From: Ophelia neglecta | Lineage: Eukaryota | Assembly: GCA_965285935.1 (NCBI GenBank) | Contig: OZ260667.1 | Coordinates: 28,830,001 to 28,894,000 of the forward strand | Reading direction: 5' to 3' | DNA length: 64,000 nt | In this document: piece after piece, positions 11,564-26,954 of the stretch | How positions within the stretch are numbered: position 1 is the stretch's first letter | Layout of the letters: every line of letters starts with the position of its first letter | The notes under the pieces: model-generated | Told to the model about the DNA's origin: nothing | Seen by the model: only the letters and a program-made list of their open reading frames with translations | The model's database searches: none | Program-made: the position numbers and the translations under genes

Positions 11564-14340
11564 TTTCACACCGGCCGCACGGGTGAGACCACAGCAATAT
11601 AGAAGAGAAAGACTATCAGTCACCACCAAGGCAGGAAAGTAACAGGATCGTGGCATAATAGTCCTCATTAATTTGCTTTCACTTGAATGTCCTTGGACTA
11701 ATTTGTTGTTTGGCTGTATGAGTATCATATTAATACCTGAGCATTATGCTCCCTGGTCGATATGAAGAACCATTATATGCACAGCTTACCATATATCTCT
11801 TCCATTTAAATGTAAGCTCGTATAAGAATGAACAATTGAACATTTAAGAGTGAACACACCGTAAATTGTCCTTAGCGACTTAGAGAAAACAAATGCCTAT
11901 TGGCCATAGAAGTATATTTGTTTAGGTGAATAAACTTTTCTTCTTAAACAAAATATAGAATACAATAGTAAGAATGCCAACTGTAATATTAAACTTTAGA
12001 GTAACATTGAGACATTTTTTCACAGAAATAATACACCGAAAGTAAATCCTTCATCTTTGCACTTTAACGTAAGTCTATCTGGTTGTACCTCAGCCATTTG
12101 ATGCAATAAACGTAATGAATATACGCCTATCCGAATCATCACAGTAAAAGTTTACCGCAACTGCGTTATTATAGGACTCACATATTGTACAACATAGGGT
12201 TTTAAGTTTTAACAGTGTACATAACCCATTCCTCCAGCGTTATCTCTCAAAATTTATCATTGCATAATTAGCTTCTTACTCCCACAGTGCAAAACAAGAG
12301 TACTGCACTATAGTTTAAGTCCACCCTCAGACGAAACGTATCTCGGCCCCTGCATTGGCCCGAATCTTGTCGCTGCTGTATCTTGTACTAAATAGTGCTG
12401 TAGGATTCAGGCGAACATGAGAGGCCCGGCTGACAGTATGTCTTCCTTGGAGGTATTATCTAGCTGAGTTGATAGCGGTTAACTTGGCTCAATAACTGTT
12501 ATCAGCTCGCTGACTCCTCGAGGGAGACAAGCGAGGGATGTCGCGGGTACTTCAAAAGCTCTGATTCCTACCTACTTGGCCGTGAGCAACGATGCTGCTG
12601 TTTTTTGTTTCCTCTATCAGCCTCGGGGCATTTTGTTTGTAGGCAAATCTCCACGGTTAATGCAGGATGAAATGGGCATAGTGTGCTGCATAACAAGGAC
12701 GGTGGTATTTCATCCATTTTTGTTACATTAGCCTTTCCAAAACCTCAAGCTTAATTGTAAAAAGAAAGCCTTTGGCACCCATCACTCGGAGATCAATCAA
12801 TACATTAACCACAAATGGGGGCCCCGAATGGCAGAACTTGGCTCAAATATCATTTATTAAATTATGCGCACATGGCGACAAATCTTATACCTCTTATAAA
12901 TAATTTATTTTTGTCTGTTGTCTGGCGGTATTGTTCTACAACTGTTCAGACATTTGCCCGACGGCAGGGGTTACACTGATCATTTTACATTTTACATTGT
13001 AAACTCGACAACGAGTCATTTATTATACATTTTGAAGCAGAGGGTACATAGTCGTTCTTTGCCTGATATTTTTCCTTTATAATTATTGGACCCTGGTCCT
13101 TTTGAGGTTATACCTACAGGAGATGGGGTATCGAGGTGGTAACTTACCCATTAACTTGATAGCTTATTATGTTGACGACTCAGAAGCAGTCGTTCGTACT
13201 CTGGGCCAGTGGCTGTTGGGTACGGATTATTTCAGAACGTCTAATGGACTATTCCTAATTAATGATTTCACTCCACTCCCGTCTCTTGTATACCTATTAA
13301 TGCCAACACTTGTGATTAGTTTTTTCAGGTCACAGGCAGGTGACCCACTTCAAAAGAAATGCAAGCACATTTTTCAATGTATCGTTGATACCGCCATTAA
13401 AATGCATGGAGAAGCGAAATTGAAACAATGGTACATTTCAACGTGTACATCTACACCATAGGATAAATGTTTAAAGTGTAGCTTAATAAGCAACAATTTA
13501 AGAGCTTTTACGGCGTTCATCTCCATTCCAAAACATCCATACTCTCCATAGTATAAAAGTTGTGTCATCTTTCTGCTAAAAGCTAGCCATATATGGGCCT
13601 AACTTCCTGTTGCTTTTTTACATACTCTTAGGCATTTCCTACACCAAACTATAACGGTTGTAATAAAAGTCTCATACAGAGTCTATGGTACACAACGTTC
13701 TGCTCCCTCCGGCTTATCGAAACATGGTGAAGATGGGCGTAAACAATGAGTTATTATCTAGGTATAATTTATCATCGTCACACAATCGTTCTCCTAGCCG
13801 GGTAGTTCATATGATACAATTAAACGCTTCTCTGTCTGAAGCCAGCGCCTAGATCGTATAACATGGCTTCGCAACTTTGAGCTAGGTTGAGAGACTAGAC
13901 ACTTGATCATGAAATCAGGCAAAAAGTCTATTTGGGATTGGTAAATTGTGTTTAAACTATGTTTGGAAGGCTTCCTCTGAGGGAAGAGACATATGAGACG
14001 CTAAGACTTCTTAGGACTGATACCCGTTTATTTTTAGAACTAAAGTAACAACGGAAAAACAACAATGGATCAAGCCTGCAGAGCTAGAAAAAAACTGGCT
14101 AATTTATTCTGGTCAATTTATCAAGAAATGTCACCCCCCCCCCCCCCCTATGGACATATTGATTACATGTCCTGTTTATCGATGGCTACAACAAAGACAT
14201 TTTCCGAAGAGAAGTAGGGCAGATCCGAGACGTGTCTCTTGCACCTGCCATCATTGTAATGCCCCTTTTGTGTTAGACGCCTGCTTCAAGAAAAGACCAC
14301 CCGATAAGGATTCAGAAGCAACAATTGTACCTCTTTTACG

Positions 14341-14727
14341 CAGGGCCGTAGGAACCATAGCGGCTCTACCGGCCATGACCGCACCACTTTTTGTCCAGAT
14401 CCTTGTGTTCAAAACTGAGTGATATTGTTTTAAATAGGGTATTGCGATTCATAGATGTTAAGAGACCGCCACGATCGACATTGATTAATGAGGGAAGTGT
14501 GACGGCTTTCAAGATGAGTCTCAGAGTCTTAGTGGAGCTATATATCTATGTATTTAGGGTGTTTTAATGGTGATAATGTATTTTTTCACAGTCAATAAAT
14601 GATATCGAATCAAGCCTAAATTTTGCTGAGGGGGGGGGGGGGGGTCTCTGGGGCGCACTTTATTTACTCACGCTCGTGGTGATATGGGATCAGCCGCACC
14701 ACTTTAAAATACCTTCCTACGGCCCTG
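14341..14727. mobile_element. MITE (non-autonomous DNA transposon), 387 bp, 14-bp TIRs, 5-bp TSD
   Basis: Left end CAGGGCCGTAGGAA and right end TTCCTACGGCCCTG are perfect inverted repeats. TTACG flanks both sides (14336-14340 and 14728-14732). Subterminal direct repeat CCGCACCACTTT; internal poly-G. Confidence 0.88.
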
Positions 14728-17700
14728 TTACGGGTAATTTACTGGAAATCTCGACCGTTTGGCATCTGCACTAGGCAGGCACCATGTCGTACTCGTTCAA
14801 CAGGGAGATAATCGCCATGAATAACAGCTGGCCTGGAACACAATGTTGATCTGTGTCTTTACCTCCTGTCAGAAGCTAACATTTGTCATCTCCACTTGAT
14901 AGCTCTACCACAGGCACTTTGTCGGTTTATATGCTGCGCGAGGCGATGATATATTTGAAACGTACAATGCAGAGAGGGTGGCAAGGAGAGACACTTCATG
15001 TGATTTATGTGAGATACTTGTGCATACAAATGGGCAATATTTCCATGAAAATGATACCATTGTCAATGTTTCTAAAAGACTAGCTTGTGTAGTAGGCGAT
15101 GGCTACAAATAAGTATATGTACAGAGCTGCTGTCGATATTATGCCGTAAACCACACTGTTGTGTTGTTTAGGGATATGCTGTATGTTGTTTGAAGAATGT
15201 CACCTGCAGGAGGGCGTGTCAGTGTCCCGTTGAACGCCTAGCACCGGGGTTAAAAACATACATGTTCTGTCAACGATAAACAGAGAAGGTAGCCCAAAGA
15301 CATTCATTCCTTAAAGATAAGATACCTAAGACAACAATAACGTGTGCGAAAAAAGAACCAAGGCCATTTTCCGTTTTTGGCCGATTTGTACAGATGAACA
15401 GGAAGTCGTATTCCACGGGACTATTTAAATGAGCCAAATATCCCTCGGAAATTTGGTTCTTGAAATTATTTGTCCCTCGAATATAAAACGTAGTTATCCA
15501 ATAGAATATCGTATTCGAAGAACCTCGTAATATAAATACAAATAGCCACATGATAGGCTAACAAAGTTTAATGCGGGCTGTTTTAATATGCAGGTATAAA
15601 AGACAATTTCATGAAAGCGACTGTGACTTGTCTTCATTGACAGACCAAAGAAACACCTTTTTTATACTTCAAAGTCCGAGCCGTTGTCATGGCGTTATAA
15701 ATGTCTCCAACAGGTATAGACCCTCAGGTGGAGAATTCACCCACAAATTGCCGCAGGAAATGACGTGATACTATTGGACACATCTCAATTTGACATTTGG
15801 TAACATTAATTTCAGGACTAGGAATGTCCACGAATAATTGGATTTTTTCTTTTATATTACCTCCAGCTTTGTTCGGCGTCCAGATGAAATGTTTGACGTA
15901 GCTTTGATCTCATTTGCAAAAGGTTACGATCGATGGTCTTTGAAAGTTGGTAGGCCGGATCTCTGCAAGCCAGCCGGTTTGTATCACTCACAGGGCAGAT
16001 CACTCTCCCCCGGGCTCTGTCATTGGGCGCTGTTTTCTGATATAACCCAATGGAGCCTATATTCATGGCAGCGTTTGCATCTCACCAAGGGCTTAACTCA
16101 CAACAAGCAACTTGCATGGATCGTTTAGTCATCTAACCAACTGTTCAGTAAGCTTTCTGTTAGGTATAATTCACGTGTTAGTTTTATAATACGCCGAAAG
16201 TCAAAACTCAATGGCCCTACGTAATGCATCAGGTGCTATTCCCATCTCAACCAATCATTTTCTAGTAGGCAATCGCCGTATCTGAAAAGACTAGTCATGC
16301 TAGTTCCATCAATGATCGTGAATATCTTTGTGCCTTTTTTATTCGCAGTAGTTTTTAAGTTCGGACCTATTTTAGTCGGTGTATTCTATAGAACCAGAAA
16401 GGTCAAAAAAGCCATTCTGGACTAAGCTTGAGCTATAGGGTCATTCTTTTTATAAGCGAAAATTTCATTATTTGAGTTTGTCTCATTGAATAGGGCATGA
16501 TGGTGAAATTAAAACGCATGTTTGACGCCACGGTTGGGATTTTGTGATTTGACATTTTAACATCCTAGGACCACCGCAATCTAACGGACTCATAAATTGT
16601 CCCCGAGAAGGATGCTGCAGTGATCAAAAGTTAGATCACAGTCACGTCGACATCAGTACAATTGTACACACAAACGATGCCTTGAAAGACAATTGAAACC
16701 CATTGCGATGACGTCAAGGAGTCATCGACTTCTTAGAGGCGGAATTGTGTACTCCAGTCGACGGAGAAGCACGCTCGAAACAAGGTGAAGAAACCAATGT
16801 GGCTCGCTCGTCAGACTCTGACACGCGCTACTTTAAAACCATTGACAGACTTAGCAAGAATCGAGAAAAATTACTCGCACTGTGAACTACACTCCATGTT
16901 TGCCTTTTCAATCATTGCTACTTGATTTATTCATATAGGCTTATATGATTGATTGAAATAAATTTCAATTACAGATTACATACATACATTAGAGCCCCCC
17001 AGCGCATGGAATATACATACACTAAGCATAAAAAAGCATTAGGCTCTGAGTTTAAATGCTTTCGTCTCATCTTTGTATATATATACCGGTATATATGTGT
17101 GTGTGTGCTTGACAATGTGTGTGTATGCATGTCGAAAATGTTGTGGCAATGTTCTTGAACAGATCCAGTCTTGAGGAAGAAACTTCTTATTTCCAAAAAA
17201 ATAGTGGGGTGAGTGTATGGTTCTCTAGCGAACCTCGTTTGAACTAATATAGATAGAATAAATACTTTGTATATTGCCAGGGGGCTAATATGGATTTTTC
17301 GTGGAGGCAAAGACATCCCGACATTAACTGATATGGCCATTGATCTGCAAATGTTAAGCCGAGCCCGCTATAGATATTAGCAGGTAGGCTGACACCTACC
17401 TGTCATGTGTATGCTGTGTAAACACCGCTAACACATATATATATATTTATGTCCCCAATACGTGAGGTCTTCTAGGAAGGGGTGCTCCAGCACGTATCCG
17501 GAAAACTGGACAACTTGCCAAATATATTGTCACCCCAGAGTGAGAAAAAACAACGTATTTCTCAGTTAGTCTATAACCTTGAATGGCATAGATCTAACAA
17601 AAAACAACATTCCTTCGTGTTCATGGACAGAATTTTCGATTTCAAGTGGATTAATAAAAGAAATGAGATGAACATCCACCGGTACACTAGATAGTCATAA

Positions 17701-19289
17701 TGTGCTCATCTGAGCGGACATATCCCTTTTTAGACGCAAACTTTGATTAAGCTACGCGTCGCCATTTGGTCTAAATCATAAAAACAGATTTCGTCGGACA
17801 GTGGTTGCTCAATGAGGCAAGTGCCCCAGAATCCAACTCTACATATCCTCAATCAATTCCATATCATTAGATTGGCATGTATCCATGGATTCACCACCAG
17901 TAAGGTACATTTGATGTAATGGTAATTACCCTTGTACAAAGAAAAGATATCCATTATTTGTTCGTATTATTTCTTTAATAGAGAGCTAGTATTTCGTCGA
18001 ATTTTGCGGCTTACAAATTGAGCTCGTTAAGGGAACATCTTACTTAATGAGTTATATTCATTTCTAACTCATCAGTTATTTTAGACAGTTGTACTGGAAA
18101 GCCTGGGTATGCCCGTTTAATGTCAACCCGCCCTTACCCGTGTCAGGTGAAGATTCCTCAATATTGATCATAGGGGCCATCTCCAACATAGTATACATCC
18201 ACGTTTGTTTTCCTTCCGCCGTAGTTTTGAAATAGAGACATGTGCAGTAGGAGACCGTGGTAAAAGGAACATTACTAGACTATAGGTCCATTGTCCGTCA
18301 GACATTTTTACACTTTAACTAGTACCTTCTGACAAAGTCCCTAGTACATTTTAAAGTTGGGAACAATATGTTTGTTATGGGATGAATTATCTGGGGGACC
18401 CAGACCACTCCCCACAAGCCAATGGACACGTCATAAAATTAACAATATCAGCTATATGCGAAGTGTCAAAACAACAAACCAGCAAATTTATATAATACAT
18501 TCACTGGAGGTTCGAAAAATATAATTACAACTAATTTTAATAAGCTTATATGCCCCAACATGTGCAGTGTTAGGGGTATTCAGGTGTTGAATCAAGATGG
18601 AGATTGATACGCCTTTAAGGGTCTCTAGTTGATGGTCCTACACCCTCGTGTCTCGGCCTGGTATCGAGGCTTCTGCATCTGTAAGTTCCATGGTAAATGA
18701 AGCTTCTTCATACGAATAAGTCCCCTCGCCTCTCATTTACAGAGGCGCCAATGAAAAGTACCATTTAACGACAAACTGAAGTTTAATGCAACAAGATAAA
18801 GATGCTTGGGCAATGTATCACCCGCCCAAGCCTTCATTCTTGATGTTATATTATTGTTTAATGATAGTGTAATCTCTTATTCCCTCTTGTCCAAAACAAC
18901 ATTATTTCTTGGCCAAAACCAAGCAAAGAACAAGGTTCTGCCTCACGTACAAATAACGAAATCAGTGTTTATAATTGTTTATAATTAGGGACCGCAATCT
19001 AGCTGAAAATTACGTAGCGGTAGTCACGACATGCGCTCGTCTATATGTTCTCCGCCAGGGGATTAATTTCTGGCCATGTACCTAGATATTATATTTATGG
19101 CATTACCATAATGCTTATACATTCGCTACTATATTGAGGGCAATTACTGCTCCATTGTTAGTTTTCTTTCACCTACACTGATACAACACACAGTGGAAAA
19201 TGAACTATAAGTATATTCAAGGTCCTGAAGAAAAAACCCGCGCATGAAAAGAGCATATACATGTTTACAATGACTGGGTAATATATGTC

Positions 19290-19620
19290 TTTTGACCTAT
19301 AGGCCTAATAATTGTCCACGAGGGTATAGCCATTGCGTCCAGCAATGATTGTATTTGACATTGCAGCAAGGTTGAACCATATAACCCAATAAACTAAATA
19401 AATCTTCCAATTTCCATGCAGATTGTACAAGAGAGTGGCTGACATTCTTGTTATTCATTATGTTGGTTATATTGCCAATCCCTAGACACCAAGAATCCAT
19501 TCCACATGAAACGGATAGAGGCAGCTCGGCCGGATGATATACCGAGCTATCAACAAAAGCCACTAAGTGCCCATACGCATGACGCCAGCATAAGCCAAAG
19601 TTCAGTTGTCAATCTAACCC
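19290..19620 (-). mobile_element. Possible decayed LINE AP-endonuclease fragment
   Basis: Minus-strand translations give spaced motifs TELWL..., VYHP, LGIGN.NI, KLEDLFSLLG..Q, PRG.LLGL, resembling APE motifs E.LW, VYxPP, GDFN, L.DL..FGL.Q, PT..G..LDL. Degenerate. Confidence 0.4.
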
Positions 19621-22049
19621 CAACAAAATGTGGTAAAACACAGAACAAAAGAACAAATAACAAAACCATTTTGACAACAAAGTACAGAGCAACCCGTGCT
19701 GCTATGTTGCGAGCCAATGCGGCCAGTGTCAACTTATTGCCTTTCAAACAACACGACCTAATGAGACAAATTACAAACTAGTCCTCTCGCTAATGAGGTG
19801 TGAAATCAATACTCTTAATTTGGCATTGAATGTTACTCAACTGATCCCCAAATGCCCCTCTATCTCATACTTTGTAATTCGGCCTAGGTTAATTGGATAG
19901 TTTAGAGGTGCATTTATAGTGATTGGACTATAGAAAGAATCGTCTTATATAAATGCGGTATCACAAGTATCAGACGCTTGTCATTGAGCCGGGAAAATTC
20001 ACACAAACATAACCAATATTCATACACCTGACCCGTCTTGTCCACAAACTGGTGTAGCCATATGCAGTCATGAAGACACGGGGTCAGCAACAGGCCATTG
20101 AAGTATCAGGGGCTGTAGGTGAAAGGTATCTCAGCTCACTACGCCCGGAACTCATACACTTTCCGTTTCACTTACCTAAAAAATGGTGCCGTGTTTTCTC
20201 TTTGTTTGTCGAAATGACATGCTCTGAAGGGTATATAAAGTTATAGATATTCATACTATTGCATGCCCGCCTGCCAAAGCCTCACGGTTCTGAATAGCCA
20301 GTCATCAATCATTCATCATTGCTTCTAAGTTTTCTGGTCGCTTGGTGATAAAAACTCTTAAACCATAAGTAGTTTTGTGATATTGTATCTACGACAATGA
20401 CTGGGTATGCTTTGCACGCTACGAATAATGTTCTTGTGTTTCAAGAACACGACGAGATAATCGGTTTAAGACGGGACTTACATAAAAGAGTTTTTCAAGG
20501 AAGCATCTGCTGACAAGCATGTAGATTATAACAATTTCAAATATGATAAGTATTCTTGGAACTATAATTTCAGTGTATTTAAAACAGAATTTATTTCATA
20601 GCTAAAGTTCGGTTTTTCCTGTTAAAGTGTCAACTATTTGCCCCCTTCTAGTCTCAGATAAGATCTAGAAGATATTTTGCACGACCATTGTATCCATCTG
20701 GCTGTAGATGAGAACGGGTAAATAAACAGTGTTCAACTCTGTGGATTCAAATAATAGTCTAAACACACAACTGAATGACTATTATTGATCGTGATTTTAC
20801 TCAACTATAGACAAGCATTGAGCTGTGTCGTCTGCTGGCATTCGAGCGTGACAACAGATCCATTTGTTCCTTGATCACTCCAGGATGTTTGCTCGCCGCG
20901 AGTACAAGTGTTCCTCTTGATTAATTGTCATCTGATATTAATATCTTGTGGCAATATTTGTCTTACTGAAGTACCGCCTTGCAATGAACGAAAATGCTAT
21001 TTAAGAGATGAAACATGTCGTTTACAGCAATATGGCTACAGCGAATATAATTTTAGCATACAGTCGCTACCGCGGCATTTGTCCTGAGCAACTACTCTTC
21101 ACAAACTGCCCAAAAGAAAATTGAAAATGAGCAAATGTACGCTCTTTATTAAATCAGGTAAATCGTTAGACAAAATATCGTGACCGAGAATTAATATTGG
21201 AAGCAAGGGAACAAGCTCTCGGCATGCAGCACGTGTCCCGAACATAGTTTAATTAAAAAGGTCGAGAAAGTTATGTTGATATATTGACCGTGTATATAAG
21301 AAAAGATCTTATCATGCAGTACACAAAGCACCAAATAACCATGGCGAAGAAATTTTCATAAACAAAAATTTCTGGGTATGTGGAGGAAACACGATTAAGG
21401 CCAGTTCATAGATAGATGTGATAGATATATGCATATTAAGTATTATTCTATGTTTTAAGTGGGAAAGCATAGATGTAACCGAACATCTATGAAGTGTAGA
21501 AAGCATTGAAAGTGTGAACATTGAACGAAAGTATATACAACATAGAAAATGAACAAACCAACAAAAATGCAGAATGGGCTGAAGATAGCGATAGTAGCTT
21601 ATGTGTCAGAAGTGTACAAACTAGGTAAGTGTAGAAAGCACTGTATGAGCCAAACTTGGAGAAGGTAACGATTGCTTTTTGGCTAAAGTACAAAATGCAT
21701 TTTATAGTGCCAAACACAGCGAAAGTATCAAGAAGGAGGAAACATGCGACGACAGTGCCTAAACAGTCTAAACTGTAGAACGCGTTCAAGCAACAAGGCG
21801 GTGAACATTATATGAATACTCCCCGGATGAGGAATAAATCAGAACGGCAAGCAGAAACACCTAAAGTGGGTAATAGGTAACCTTAACCAAAATGGAGGCA
21901 TGGCTCAATCGGGCCGGCTGCGCAGAAGGCAACGAGACTGCCGAATGACATTGTAGCGCATGCGCATTCATGGGCGACTGCGCAAAAAGTACCCGTATGT
22001 AGAAAGTGATACGATTCAATAGCAAAGGCTAATAGTGACCGATCAGGTT

Positions 22050-23062
22050 AAAGAAGTCGGGAGAGGATGGTGAAAACAGTACAAAAATATTTGTTTACGT
22101 CTAGCAAATGCCAGATCTTTTGGTAAATATATAACTTCGATTAAACAATACAATGGTTATATTACAAACGACCAGAGTAACATAATGTAGGAGATTGAAC
22201 TTTTTCATGGCAAGCTGTATGAAAGAAAATGTTTACATAAAACATTTACTTGACGATTTTTTGCGCATTATTTTGGCCTCATGTCTTGATGAAAATAAAA
22301 AGCAGCAGGTGAAGGACCCGTGCTGTCAAATGAAAGCTTATTGAAAAGTCACTAGGCCCAATGAGAGAAGACTCGAGCCCTGGACGGTTTTAGAGGAGCT
22401 TATTATAAAGGCTCCCTTCCCAAAATAAACAGCATGATAATATAATCAATTAATGAAGCTTTTCGCACAGCTTAGCCTTTATATTATCAAAGAAAGGACC
22501 TTCTACTTATTCAAAAAAGGAATTGCCTAAAATTGAAATTAAAATTTGGCGACCATTCACACTTACTAATGTGGACTACAAGAAAACTTCTAAAATAGTT
22601 GCTAACAAAATTAAACTACTTGTAAAAACATTTATTTTTGAAGATCAATGTAGATATTCATAAAAACACGAAGTGCTGCAATTGTACTAAGATCTAGGCC
22701 TATTGATGACGTAACTGAATATTTGGACTCAATTGAAGCTGGGGAATCATGCTTACTATCGGATACACTATGACATCAAAGAGTTCATGGTTTCTTCCTA
22801 AAAATATTTTGGCTTTGGGACAACATGTTATCATTAGAATGAAGAATTAAGAAGTATTGTAAGTGTCATATTTATTATTATAATGGGTGGATTTTTGGTA
22901 GCATTTCCCTAGAGAGAGATAGAGGTTTCCGCCAGGGCTGCCCCTTGTTTCCCCCGATATTTAGCATGTGAACTTTTTTCCTGGAATTTTTGGTATTTTG
23001 ATGAATAAGATATTTTATCATATAGTGGCAACAGATAAAAATAACACATTATGTAGATGTAT
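22050..23062 (+). mobile_element. Decayed L1/Tx1-clade LINE ORF2 (reverse transcriptase) fragment
   Basis: Ordered, frameshifted motifs: EDGENSTK.F (~22052), ITNDQ..I..EI, S-P-G/DG (~22375), WRP.TLTNVDYK (~22547), EDQ, RGFRQGCPL (22921-22947), KITHYVD (~23040, YADD equivalent). Confidence 0.85.
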
Positions 23063-26000
23063 ATGGTATGTATATTTATTTCCCACTGAGTTCCGAATCA
23101 GTTATTGGCAGAAACATGTTTAACATACTGGCAAGACTTTGCATTGTTATATTTAGATTTTTGAAATGTCCTGACATTAAAATATTGTAGGAATTTGAAA
23201 AGACACTACGAAAAATATAAAACATCATTAAGAATGAATATGTTACTGGGGAATATAGGGAAACGCTTGCGAAGCTATACACACACACACCCTCTCTCAC
23301 ACACACATATATATATATATATTTCGGGAAAATCAATAATCGGTAAATCCGGGTTTTGTCAAATTCGGCTGTTCGGCGTTTCCGGTGATCCGGCATTTTC
23401 GAATTTACATTGCAATTGCGCCAATATAATGAACGATTGCACTATTGGCTATACTTATTAGTGACTTTTAGCTTGTACGCCATTTTTCTTTTGCCTAGGA
23501 TTCGGCAGACACCAAATTATAAAATTTAACTGCTAGACAAGACTTTCTAACCTAGCATCGATTTTCAGATAAAACTGCAGGCAATTTCATATAGCCCTAC
23601 GTAATACAGACGTATTACAGAGAGCCCGGTGCCTACCTTAATTTAGTAGCGACGTGCCCAGATAATGTTAGCTCATTGCAGCCCTATTATGGCTTGAGGG
23701 TGCACCCAGGCGGCTCACTTGAAGCTTTGTCACAACGGGCACAGTGGATAATAGCTGCAAAATGGCATTTGTCTTTGGCATTGTTGACTAGGCTCACATT
23801 AGCCACAAGATTATCTATCATCCTGTGTGGATTGTCGTTTGGACTGGTAATAGCAACAGGGCACCAGCTGCTACCTCCAAACCTCTGGTCGTCTACCCTC
23901 AGTCTCCGGAAATTCACCTAGTGTCTTCGGTCACTGATTGCCTGATTATTGCTATGCGGGGTCAACAGTAACAAATGAAGGATGCTGGGAAAATGAGAGG
24001 GACTTTGAACGAAAGAGGAACTTGGCAGGGTCGGGTTATAAATAAATAACTATTCATGTTGAGAGTTCTGCTCTTAATGAGGCCAGATATTGAATTTACT
24101 ATCAGGGGTTTAGTTTCTAATGGCCTGGACATCTCGCAATATTCTGTTCATAAAGGCAACACAAGACTTTGAATAATAGCTGCCATAAATAAAACGATCT
24201 TATCGCGGCCCTCGGTGCTTTAGAGTACACGGTAATAAAACTATCAACATTGGCAATAGTCATACACCCGCCAAAAATATAGACTTATGGCACTATTATC
24301 GATTCTATGATTGGGTGTAGGTTAATTTTGCAAAATAAAGATGTTCATATTTTACATAGGACCACAAGCTTTTTTTCGTGCCTGAAATAGGTAAAAGTGT
24401 TTTTTTTTTTGTTAATCAGCCATTGATTTTCTTTTGTCGACAAACGCTTTGCACCTATCCGCTGCCTGGAAACATAACTTGTTTCCGGTTTCAGCGCAGA
24501 ACAGCTAATGGCGACCTAGATCTTCTCAGACCACCTTAGAATCCTTAGAGCCTCCTCTCATCCAGCCCAGAAAGATGGTTGACTAGGAAATACTTTTCCT
24601 AGCATAACTCGGGGCACTTAGTTCATTGGATAGCCTGACAATAAAAAAAAATCTATTTTAAAACAATATTAGGTTCAACTTCTGAAGATAATTTACTTTG
24701 CCCCCAATTGACGATGACCAACTTGTGAAAGGATCTCTGCATCAGAAGTATTTTAGCTCGTCATACTGTTTAGGTCACACTTAATAAGTTTTCATTGTTA
24801 TTCTCGGCCGGGGGATGGTGGAGGGTAGGAGTTCAAATTAGAGGGGTGGGGTTATGGGTCGGTACCAACATAGTTTTAATGTGGAAAAAAGGGGGGCGGT
24901 GTCGGAAAGTTTAATGTTGGGACCTTCCCACTCACTATGCTCCCATATTGTGCAAGTAGCAAATATATTAAGGTACATTTTACCTGAATACATTTGTTTT
25001 CACATCATGGCTTCCATACCTGGCGGTTTCATCTTAATTTTATTCCGGAAATAGTACGGGAAGCATTTGATAATGTCAAATTAAATGAGGAAACATAAGA
25101 AATTTCCATGGCAGAGATAAGTTTAATTTCGCTGTGAAGATCATTAGGTCAGTCTTTCCCATTAACTTTTCAATATATCTTATATCTTTTCACAATATGG
25201 GGACATTTTTTGTCTATATATGATATTATACATTAATTTATATGGCTGCTTTGCTGGGTTATTTGTGGCTTCTTATGCAGTCTTTTCCTTTCCGGGAGCA
25301 TTAATTTCATTATCAGGTACGAAATAACGCACACATTAAATTGCCGAATATCTATGTCTGACTTATTGTCTTGCAAATTCTAATACACATTTATATATAT
25401 AATGTACATTATCTGATATGTCTTGTCTGATAATATTTTGCTTCATGGTGATAGGCGGATCTGCAGCCAATGTTTATTGAATCTTACTTTATTGGAGCCA
25501 ACTAGAGCTAAACTGATTACTGAGAAGACGTGCATAAGAAAAAACGTACATTCTGTATCTTTAACTCAAAATTCGATGATATTAAAAATGCAAATGTATA
25601 GAAAGATTTGACATGACATTAATGACCATGCATATAGTTATGTAAGTTTGCGATCCGGGCTTATATAATTCATATACCATAACAAAGAGAATTGTCTGAC
25701 GTGCTGACTTACACTTTACGTCTCATTACTGGTAGGTAAGAGGGTCTTTGCGCTGTGATGGATGCACCTACGCCTATGCCAAAAGCAATCACTTTATCTT
25801 CTCTAAGACTGGCTTGGTAAATAGGGCACAGAGAAGGGACCCTGCCAAACCGTTGTCGGAGAGACCAGAACTTCCTATCTAGCCTTCTATCGCCTAGAGC
25901 GAGAGGAAATTCGATTAATTAAGTTTGTTTTCCTTCTTTTGTGGTGACTGTTTTTGACCAGGGTGTTGCGGGAGGAAACTGGCGAAGGCTAGTTATAGAC

Positions 26001-26954
26001 GTTTTGTCTTCCAAGGATTGGGCAAGTGCTGCTTTGGGTCGTTGGCATGCCAACGAAAATAGAGTTATCGTTCTTTTCACGTATACTGAGACGTAAACGA
26101 GTCAATTGTTGCAGGCCTATTACCACCAGAGTTATATTTGGAATGGCCTGCCAGGACCATAATGCTATTTATAATGGTTAGGGTTCCTCGAAGTAGTATC
26201 TTTTGAATTAAAGAGTTTCAAATTTGATCAATATGTTTTGCCATAAGCACATAAAAGTTCACCTTTAAATTATCAGAAAGATTGCCTGTCGAGTTTGAAT
26301 ATGACAACCCTTTCAATTCATGGTGATGACAGAAATATTAAAATGGTCAACAGTACCCCCCCCCCCTGAGTCCATTTCATGTCATTGATATTCATAATTA
26401 TTCCCCATAATGTTTTTATAAAAGCCAGCCAATTATTTGCCTACAATGAAAAACAACGAATCAAGTCATGAAAGAGTATTACAATGTCTTCTGAGATTAG
26501 CGAAAACTATTCTTATGTCTACACGTAGATTTTCTGAAAAATTTGTGCAAAATTGACCGAACAAAATGAAAATAGTGTGTTCTGAATAGCTGAAAGTGGT
26601 TCAAGGAAAATGTTCTCGGCATAAAGATGGAAAAAATTAAAGGAAGTGACACTACTTTTGTCTGTAGTTTCGCTCCAATTTTTAGAAGCACATCTAGCGT
26701 GAGGAACCCAACACATTCATGTCTTATCAAATGTTGCTTCTAAACTGTCTGTGGCTTTTTTAACTGAATATATGTACTATATTGTTAAAATACAGCATTC
26801 GCATTCTCGATCTATTCGATTATTTGAAGTCGAATAATTAAATTAATTACTTCTGAAATATTGCACTGGTCAGGGACAAATGATTAAACAATCAGACGAG
26901 GCCAGGCTAGGACTTTTGAGTCATTTACCGGTCAGCAATGTCTTAATATGATTA

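Noticed and set aside
11292-11728. ORFs containing YIYIYI runs
   Set aside because: Produced by the (TA)n microsatellite.
16709-16716. Perfect CRE site TGACGTCA (another near 39269)
   Set aside because: An 8-mer is expected about once by chance in 64 kb; no supporting context.
21956-21966. NRF1-like GCGCATGCGCA palindrome in a possible TTAA-flanked insertion
   Set aside because: No TIR beyond 2 bp could be shown; a single motif next to TE debris is uninformative.
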